From positions 1 through 40,624 of IMG/VR virus record IMGVR_UViG_3300019877_000003: a DNA stretch of 40,624 nucleotides. One strand, written 5' to 3'. Position numbers and translations under genes: made by a program. The DNA comes from a virus. Its lineage: Duplodnaviria; Caudoviricetes. Below the pieces are notes generated by a model. The model was not told the origin of the DNA. It searched no databases and saw nothing but the letters and a program-made list of their open reading frames with translations. Shown piece by piece: positions 34,356 through 40,624 of the stretch (its first letter is position 1; every line of letters starts with the position of its first letter).

Positions 34356-34707
34356 TTAGAACAGCTTTAATTCTCCCTTCAAGACCATGAATTTCGATTA
34401 ATTTTTGAATATACTTTAAAGAATCTTGAAGTTCCGATTCATCTTCTTCATCTTCTTCTTCATCCCTCTCATCTTTATAAACAACAAGACCTAATGATTC
34501 AATTTGATCTGAATGAAAATTTAATGTGTTTTTCATACCTTCAAACTTATTTGATAAAGTGACATAATATTCAAATAGATTTTTTATCATATTATGTAAA
34601 TTTTCAATTTTTTGTGATGTCAAAGTATCATTCAAAGATGAGTTCTGTCTTTCTTCCGATGATTTTCGCATCTCGTCTTTCAATTCTCTGAAAAAGCAAT
34701 CTTTCAT
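34345..34707 (-). CDS. Hypothetical coiled-coil protein
   Basis: 120 aa, SD GAGGA. Confidence 0.55.
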   Translation of the reverse strand: MKDCFFRELKDEMRKSSEERQNSSLNDTLTSQKIENLHNMIKNLFEYYVTLSNKFEGMKNTLNFHSDQIESLGLVVYKDERDEEEDEEDESELQDSLKYIQKLIEIHGLEGRIKAVLNDE

Positions 34708-34962
34708 TTTGTCCTCATTTGTTTGAGTTGTCCGGTAATTACGGAGAACTGTGGTATGTCTCGTCTAAAATATTGGCTGTTTCTTTAATCTCAAGATTGA
34801 AAAGTTCTTGTGCAATCTCTAATTCATCTTCTGTGATCTGAGATTTTTCATATTCTGTCAATTTTTCGATGTATTTTTCTGAATCTGACATTTCTTGATC
34901 CGATGTTATTCTTAAAACGTTAAATTTGGTGGTTTACTTCGTTTTGGTGACGATATATTTGT

Positions 34963-35796
34963 TTACTTGAATCTATAGTGGTCACACAGTCTTGATATCT
35001 TCTCTGTTGCTGATTCTTCGTTGAACTTAATATCTCTTGGCGTTTGATCAACCCCTTCAATTGGCGTAAAATATATACAATCATTCGTAATTATCACCTC
35101 ACAAGTTTTCGACTTCCTTGACCCAAAGTAATTTACGCAATAATCATGCAAGTGATTCTTTTTACTCTTAGCGGATGGTTGAGGTGGTTCCTTCTGCTTA
35201 CAATGCCAAATCATCTGCTGAATCTTAGAATGAGTCGGCTTCTCTTTCTTGTTGAACTCAATAGCGAGCATTACACGTTCTGGCGGAAACTTTGAAAGAG
35301 ATTTTTTTTCTTCATCCGATAGGTCTTGTATTTCTTGAATGAATGAAGGAACAACAACAGGCTCTTGTTTGTTGTTTCTTTCATTATTATTAATACTCAT
35401 TATTATTAGTGGCGGGTTTTCCGTAAGAGGATTTACCGTAACCGGGTTTTCCGTATACGGTTTTATGGCTTTCGGTTCTTTCTCTTTTATCTCTGTAGAT
35501 TGAGGAGTTTCAAATAAAATATAATCGGATGTTGCCATTCTACCGTGAGAGTCTCTTTTTTGAGTTCTTACGCAATATCCATGATTAATTAACTCTTTGA
35601 AAGCTGCATATATAGCATCCTTTCCCTCTTTAAGAACCTTAACTAATTGATCTATGTGAAATTCCCATGCGTCGTGCTTACACATGCAATAAGCAAGAAG
35701 ACCCTTTGCTTTAAGAGATAAATTTACGTCATCAAGAAATGTTTTATTAAGCATTACATAAGGATGATCTTTGTCTTTAGACGTTCTAATCAGCAT
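34963..35796 (-). CDS. Phage replication initiator (winged-HTH N-terminus)
   Basis: YVMLNKTFLDDVNLSLKAKGLLAY...KELINHGY; internal iteron-like repeats. Confidence 0.8.
   Translation of the reverse strand: MLIRTSKDKDHPYVMLNKTFLDDVNLSLKAKGLLAYCMCKHDAWEFHIDQLVKVLKEGKDAIYAAFKELINHGYCVRTQKRDSHGRMATSDYILFETPQSTEIKEKEPKAIKPYTENPVTVNPLTENPPLIIMSINNNERNNKQEPVVVPSFIQEIQDLSDEEKKSLSKFPPERVMLAIEFNKKEKPTHSKIQQMIWHCKQKEPPQPSAKSKKNHLHDYCVNYFGSRKSKTCEVIITNDCIYFTPIEGVDQTPRDIKFNEESATEKISRLCDHYRFK
35381..35472. repeat. Putative replication origin: 15-bp tandem iterons plus AT-rich flank
   Basis: CGGGTTTTCCGTAAG / AGGATTTACCGTAAC / CGGGTTTTCCGTATA / CGGTTTTATGGCTTT at 35413-35472. Confidence 0.6.
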
Positions 35797-36260
35797 AAAT
35801 CGCCTCTTTCATCTATTTCTTTTATAAAATATTTCTTGTAGTCACACATATAATGAAATTCTTGATGACAGTTGGCGCATATTTTGACTACATCTTTACC
35901 ACCATCCTTTTTTCTCTTTGGATAATGATGTTTATGTAAAAGAAGAGTTTGTGATTTACACCATTCACAATGAGAAAATTTACCTTCATAATTATGAAAA
36001 ATAGACGGTGATTTTGATTTTAATAAGTCTACTGCATTTTTTTCTTCAAAATTGAATTCATCTAAAATATTGAAATCTTTCATTTTATCAATGAGATTTC
36101 TAATTTGATGGTTAGTTAGGAAAGGCATTAAAAATTCCATATCCCTAGAATCGAACATTTTTATATAATACTGTTTGCAATACCAAATCCATACGGATAT
36201 TTCTACCCCGAATTTAATAGCATGTTCGCGTGAAAAATAAACTCTTTCGGGTACTTTCAT
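35790..36260 (-). CDS. HNH endonuclease-domain protein
   Basis: CEWC...HHY...GG....ICANCHQEFH. Confidence 0.8.
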   Translation of the reverse strand: MKVPERVYFSREHAIKFGVEISVWIWYCKQYYIKMFDSRDMEFLMPFLTNHQIRNLIDKMKDFNILDEFNFEEKNAVDLLKSKSPSIFHNYEGKFSHCEWCKSQTLLLHKHHYPKRKKDGGKDVVKICANCHQEFHYMCDYKKYFIKEIDERGDLC

Positions 36261-36400
36261 CTCTTCACCCCCTTAAAATAGAGGTCGAAAATAAAAGATT
36301 GTAAAATAATTGCTGTATGTCGTAGCATTAAGACATCCTCGTAAAAAGGTTGTTGGATCTAAGATTTCTACTCCTTAAAGTTTCATCTTAGATTTTCGTT

Positions 36401-36435
36401 AAAACCGATAGACCACCTATCGGTTTTTCTTTTTT
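36401..36435. terminator. Bidirectional terminator-like hairpin
   Basis: AAAACCGATAG-ACCAC-CTATCGGTTTT with T tract. Confidence 0.6.
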
Positions 36436-36542
36436 GTAAAGCTATAAGTTTCTTGTATCAAGAGAAACGTTTTTCTACCTTACTCCTGCATTATTAATTT
36501 TTCCACTAAATTGTAAAGAAATGTTAAAGAAAACTTAAATCT

Positions 36543-36743
36543 TTAAGCTGCTTTGTATTCCATTAGATAATCTGCTGTAACTTCTGAATTTGTCACCCTT
36601 TCAATAGCCTTAGCTAAAAGTAAAGAAGGCATATCTACTCCTCTACAAACGCGGCTCATGTGAATTCTACTTACACCTAATTCTTTAGCGAATTGTGTAA
36701 TGCTAATTTTTTTATAAAACAAATATTCTTTAAGTTTATGCAT
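36543..36743 (-). CDS. Cro/XRE-family HTH regulator (start MHKLK)
   Basis: ITQFAKELGVSRIHMSRVCRG...PS..LAKAIERVT.SEVT. Confidence 0.85.
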   Translation of the reverse strand: MHKLKEYLFYKKISITQFAKELGVSRIHMSRVCRGVDMPSLLLAKAIERVTNSEVTADYLMEYKAA

Positions 36744-36821
36744 ATTAGTCCCCTTTTTATGGAACCAATGTAACATGATGAATATTTTAGATCAATTGTA
36801 AACTTATTTATCTTTTCCATG

Positions 36822-36851
36822 TTGACATAAATACATTACGTTTGATATATT
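36822..36851 (+). promoter_or_regulatory. Early rightward promoter
   Basis: TTGACA-18 bp-TATATT with TGn; in divergent intergenic region. Confidence 0.6.
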
Positions 36852-36945
36852 GGTTTACATCAAAGCACAGTCTCCTTGATAGTCAAATCTTGAAAGTCGT
36901 AGCAGTGCTGAGATAAAGATCTAAACACAATACAATAGGTTAAAT

Positions 36946-37167
36946 ATGAATCAAGAATTACAAGACCTAATAGACACAGCAAATAAACTGTGCAAAAACT
37001 TAGAAGAGTATGCAATCGAAGAACAAAAGCAATCAGAAGAAATATGCAGTGAATTAGAAGTCATGTCATGGCAAATACACTGCATGGCTGAAGAATTGAA
37101 GTTAATCAAAGCTTACAAAGAATTAGACTTAAGAACAGAAAACGAATTTGAAAGACAGGTTGGATGA
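36946..37167 (+). CDS. Hypothetical protein
   Basis: First gene of plus-strand arm. Confidence 0.6.
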   Translation: MNQELQDLIDTANKLCKNLEEYAIEEQKQSEEICSELEVMSWQIHCMAEELKLIKAYKELDLRTENEFERQVG

Positions 37168-37475
37168 TCATGGATAAATATCTAGAAAAAGAAGAAGCAA
37201 AGAGAATGTACTTTTACCACAAGATGGTCGAACGTAAACAACAAGCGCTTAATAGACTTTTATTTATATCAGACGATTACGATACAAGAGAAAGATTTGC
37301 GCAAATGATGATAGATGCTGAAGAAGAAGGCGTTATATATGCAGATGAATTTATTGAATGGTTAAGTCTTGATAATATTGATAAACTTGCAATTAAAGAA
37401 GAAATAGATCTTTTTATACAAGAATGTATTGAAGAAAACGAAAATAATTACGCAGAGGATAAATACAATGGCTAA
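37164..37475 (+). CDS. Hypothetical protein
   Basis: ATGA-coupled ORF. Confidence 0.6.
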   Translation: MIMDKYLEKEEAKRMYFYHKMVERKQQALNRLLFISDDYDTRERFAQMMIDAEEEGVIYADEFIEWLSLDNIDKLAIKEEIDLFIQECIEENENNYAEDKYNG

Positions 37476-38277
37476 CGAATTAGTAATACAAGACGATTTC
37501 AGCAAGCAATTAGCTGAGTTAGACAAGATTCAAGAGACTTGCAAGAAGCTAATGAATACTAAGCATTACGCTAAAATGGGTGAAGACGGAATACATACAA
37601 TCATTGCTCGTTGCAAATCGCTGGGAATACATCCATTTGAAGGCCTAAATGGAGGTTTCTACATGGTGAGCGGGAAAATGGGTATGAGTACTGAGATGAT
37701 GGCTGCATTGGTCAGGAAACGTGGTCATTCAATAACGAAAGACCCTAAATCAAATGACGATATTGTGATTCTTCACGGAAAGAGAGCAGATAGCGGGGAT
37801 ACTTGGACTTGCTCATTCTCAAAACAAGATGCTCAAAAAGCAGGGTTATGGGATGGCCCTACATGGAAGAAATACCCTGCTGTGATGCTTTACAATCGCT
37901 GTATGAGTATGCTTTTCCGTCAGTTATTCCCAGACTTAAGCATGGGAGCTGGATACGTAGAAGATGAACTCAAAGAAATAGCTAAGGTTGATGAATACAA
38001 GCTTCCAGTTACTGAATGTGTTATTACTACTCCGATTAAACAAGATTTCATAAAAGTCGATGAAATAACAGAAGAACAAACAGAAAGTTTACACGAAATG
38101 ATAGATAAGCTCCGTTCTGTTCTTAAAGATTGCGGTCAAGAATATGAAGTCAGAATACTAACTCATTACGGAGTTGAACATATCTCTAAGATTCCTGAAG
38201 AAGAAATGAAGAAAGTAATCGTTAGAGCACATTCGTTTAGAGAAGATAGAAAGAGACAACAAGAATTGCAAGGATAG
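37468..38277 (+). CDS. recT: RecT/Red-beta-like single-strand annealing protein (start MANEL)
   Basis: SLGIHPF...WKKYPAVML..R......RQLFPD..G.GY..DEL; adjacent to YqaJ. Confidence 0.75.
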   Translation: MANELVIQDDFSKQLAELDKIQETCKKLMNTKHYAKMGEDGIHTIIARCKSLGIHPFEGLNGGFYMVSGKMGMSTEMMAALVRKRGHSITKDPKSNDDIVILHGKRADSGDTWTCSFSKQDAQKAGLWDGPTWKKYPAVMLYNRCMSMLFRQLFPDLSMGAGYVEDELKEIAKVDEYKLPVTECVITTPIKQDFIKVDEITEEQTESLHEMIDKLRSVLKDCGQEYEVRILTHYGVEHISKIPEEEMKKVIVRAHSFREDRKRQQELQG

Positions 38278-38280
38278 ATC

Positions 38281-38478
38281 ATGAAAAACAAAAAAGAAAA
38301 AGAAGTTTTTTTGGGATATGAGAAGAGTCTTATATACATCATAAGAGCAGCGTTTATGTCAGGAGAAGTAAGCCCAGGTATACTACATAAAGCGACAGGC
38401 GTTGACATTGATACTTGTATTGATTTTTGCGCAAAACAATTAGGGGAAGTTATGTTTTCTTCTCCACCAGAGGTATAA
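38281..38478 (+). CDS. Hypothetical protein
   Basis: 65 aa between recT and yqaJ. Confidence 0.5.
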   Translation: MKNKKEKEVFLGYEKSLIYIIRAAFMSGEVSPGILHKATGVDIDTCIDFCAKQLGEVMFSSPPEV

Positions 38479-39318
38479 ATGAACGAACTTAAACAAGGTT
38501 CAAGTCAATGGCTTGAGCTTCGCAAACAATATGTGACGGCAACGGATTCTTACGTAATTCTTGGTCTTTCTCAATGGAAAACCCCATATAAACTTTGGCG
38601 TCAGAAGATGGACTTAGACCCACCAGATGAAGAGAACGAAAATATGCGCAAAGGTTCCGATATGGAACCATACGCACGCGCTTGGATAGAAAATCATATG
38701 GGACGTGAATTCAAACCAAAGGTTGTATTCAAAGAATTCATGATGGCTTCGTTAGACGGAATGTCAGATCTCGGAGAAATGATTGTTGAGATTAAATGCG
38801 GAAAAAAATCGTTTTCTTCGGCATGTGATGGAATCATACCGAATTATTACGTATGCCAAATGCAACATCAAATGTATTGCGCTGATGTCGATCATTGCTT
38901 ATATGCGGCATTTGATGGCGTTGGTGCAATTATCATTCAAGTTGAAAGAGACGATAAATATATAAACGAAATGATCCCAAAACTAAGAGAGTTCTACGAA
39001 TGCTTATTACAGTACAACCCACCTACGATGACTACGAAGGATTATCAGATGAGGTCAGATCCATCATGGAATGCCTTAGCAGAGAGTTATCGGAACGCAT
39101 ACCTGGACAGAAAGCGCGCAGAACTGTTGGAGGAATCCCTAAAACAAGAGTTAATACTATCCAGTGGCGGACAATCAAGTATGGGAGCGGGTATAAGACT
39201 ATCGAAGATTCCACGAAAAGGAGCAGTCGACTACTCGCAGATAGAGTGCCTGAAAGAATTGGATCTTGAGCCTTACAGAAAGAAATCAATTGAGTACTGG
39301 AAAATAGGAGTTGAATAA
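38479..39318 (+). CDS. yqaJ: YqaJ/lambda-exonuclease family protein
   Basis: QGS.QWL.LR, ASLDG, VEIKC, YYVCQMQHQM. Confidence 0.92.
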   Translation: MNELKQGSSQWLELRKQYVTATDSYVILGLSQWKTPYKLWRQKMDLDPPDEENENMRKGSDMEPYARAWIENHMGREFKPKVVFKEFMMASLDGMSDLGEMIVEIKCGKKSFSSACDGIIPNYYVCQMQHQMYCADVDHCLYAAFDGVGAIIIQVERDDKYINEMIPKLREFYECLLQYNPPTMTTKDYQMRSDPSWNALAESYRNAYLDRKRAELLEESLKQELILSSGGQSSMGAGIRLSKIPRKGAVDYSQIECLKELDLEPYRKKSIEYWKIGVE

Positions 39319-39548
39319 TGCAAGAATTTGCTGATGATAATACCTTAGCTCTAATTATAAAAAAATGTCGTAAAGAAATGAAAGAAATTTACACAAAAGA
39401 CAAAATGACTGTCTGCATTAATTTGACACAAGGGATTTTGCGTATTTTTTGTATACAAGGAAAAAAAGAAGATATTTTGGAGCTTGTGGATGAAATTTAT
39501 GATTCATTAAAAAATGAAGTTGAAGACATGTACAAAGATAATGATTGA
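39318..39548 (+). CDS. Hypothetical protein
   Basis: TAATG-coupled ORF. Confidence 0.55.
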   Translation: MQEFADDNTLALIIKKCRKEMKEIYTKDKMTVCINLTQGILRIFCIQGKKEDILELVDEIYDSLKNEVEDMYKDND

Positions 39549-39559
39549 CTAGTAATTCG

Positions 39560-39587
39560 TTGACAAAATATTACTGTACACTATAAC
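39560..39587 (+). promoter_or_regulatory. Putative promoter
   Basis: TTGACA-16 bp-TATAAC. Confidence 0.55.
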
Positions 39588-39605
39588 ATTTAACCCGAAG
39601 TTTTT

Positions 39606-39806
39606 ATGAAATTAGACAATATAACATCTTTCTTGATGGGAATCATTTTTACTGCATTCCTAGGTCTTGTGATGTTCTTTTTCACATATCTGATACATAT
39701 GCGTGAAATGACTAATGATATCCGAATAGTTAAGACGCAATTGAATGATATACATAAATCTTCTTCAATAGCAGAGAATTACATAATCGATAAGCATAAG
39801 AAATGA
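39606..39806 (+). CDS. Small membrane protein
   Basis: One TM segment plus coiled coil. Confidence 0.55.
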   Translation: MKLDNITSFLMGIIFTAFLGLVMFFFTYLIHMREMTNDIRIVKTQLNDIHKSSSIAENYIIDKHKK

Positions 39807-39807
39807 T

Positions 39808-40005
39808 ATGGCACAGTTATTTTTATTTGAAGAATCGCAAGAAGATAAGTTACAAAGAAAGATGAGACAACTAGAAGAGAAATATGATTCTCTTAGAAAA
39901 GGTCAATACGCTAAGATTACAGCATTGCAAGGGCAAGTTAAGGCTCTGATAGAGCAAATGGAATTCTTGCAAGGAAACATTGCTAAGAAAGGGTATTACT
40001 TATGA
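39808..40005 (+). CDS. Small coiled-coil protein
   Basis: 65 aa. Confidence 0.55.
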   Translation: MAQLFLFEESQEDKLQRKMRQLEEKYDSLRKGQYAKITALQGQVKALIEQMEFLQGNIAKKGYYL

Positions 40006-40223
40006 AGAAAGTTGATCAAAAAGAAGAAAAAATCTGGTGTTTGAAGATTTCATTTCTTCTAATCATGATACTAGGATTCTCTTACATGAGTGCACTAGAA
40101 ATAAAAACCGAGCATTGCGGGCTATGGGGTGATACCTGGGAATGCAAAAACTGCGGATATGAAAGCTATGAAGGAATAGACTATTGCCCTATTTGCTCTA
40201 CTCAAAAGGGAAGATCAAAATGA
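40002..40223 (+). CDS. Membrane-anchored zinc-ribbon protein
   Basis: TM then WECKNCGY...CPIC. Confidence 0.55.
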   Translation: MKKVDQKEEKIWCLKISFLLIMILGFSYMSALEIKTEHCGLWGDTWECKNCGYESYEGIDYCPICSTQKGRSK

Positions 40224-40435
40224 AAAAACTAATTATTTTCTTTTGTTTTATGAATTCTGTTTGTTTTTCTTTTGAAAGATTCGATAATTTAGAAGATTTT
40301 CTAAATGAACGAATCTATATCCTAAAACAAGCGACTAGAAATAAACAAGTCTTTGAACAAGACGAATCTTATTTCTATAGACTTGGATATCTAACTGCTT
40401 GTGAAGAGATTCTTATGTTTCAGGAATTAGACTGA
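40220..40435 (+). CDS. Small secreted/hypothetical protein (start MKKLII)
   Basis: Signal-peptide-like N-terminus; ATGA overlap; converges on the fibre gene stop. Confidence 0.5.
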   Translation: MKKLIIFFCFMNSVCFSFERFDNLEDFLNERIYILKQATRNKQVFEQDESYFYRLGYLTACEEILMFQELD

Positions 40436-40624
40436 AATATACTCAGTAACAATTACAATTCCGTTTGCTCCAGTTCCACCTGTTCTAGAAGAACCATTGC
40501 TATTCCCTCCAATAGCTCCGCTTCCTCCTCCTCCATATTTATTCCCATTTGTTCCAGCTGCTGTTGCCCCAGTTCCTCCAACAGCACCTCCACCAAATAT
40601 AGAATTTCCACCACCACCGGCTAG
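40431..40624. repeat. Terminal direct repeat, right copy
   Basis: Matches 1-194 with one mismatch. Confidence 0.95.

Noticed and set aside
35413-35472. CRISPR-like array
   Set aside because: 15-bp tandem units with no spacers, inside a coding region

Overview
Apparently complete, circularly closed genome of a tailed dsDNA phage (unit length 40,430 bp; 40431-40624 repeats 1-194 with one mismatch). The organisation is podovirus-like. The minus strand carries a Cro-like HTH, a replication initiator with iterons, RusA, TerS/TerL, many small DUF551-type genes, portal, scaffold, two tRNAs, an N4-gp56-type major capsid protein (MCP), tail and ejection proteins and fibres. The plus strand carries a RecT/YqaJ recombination arm. 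No integrase, CI repressor, polymerase or endolysin is recognisable. A clear homologue of the chlamydial developmental regulator EUO suggests a Chlamydiota host (inference). The main observation is that the MCP gene is split into four exons by three insertions. Two are full group I introns, one carrying an antisense LAGLIDADG endonuclease. The third is a 43-nt element with a perfect group I P1 (U-G wobble), P10 and terminal G but no catalytic core. It looks like a non-autonomous mini-intron that would have to be spliced by a neighbouring ribozyme. All family assignments come from motif recognition by eye; no searches were run.
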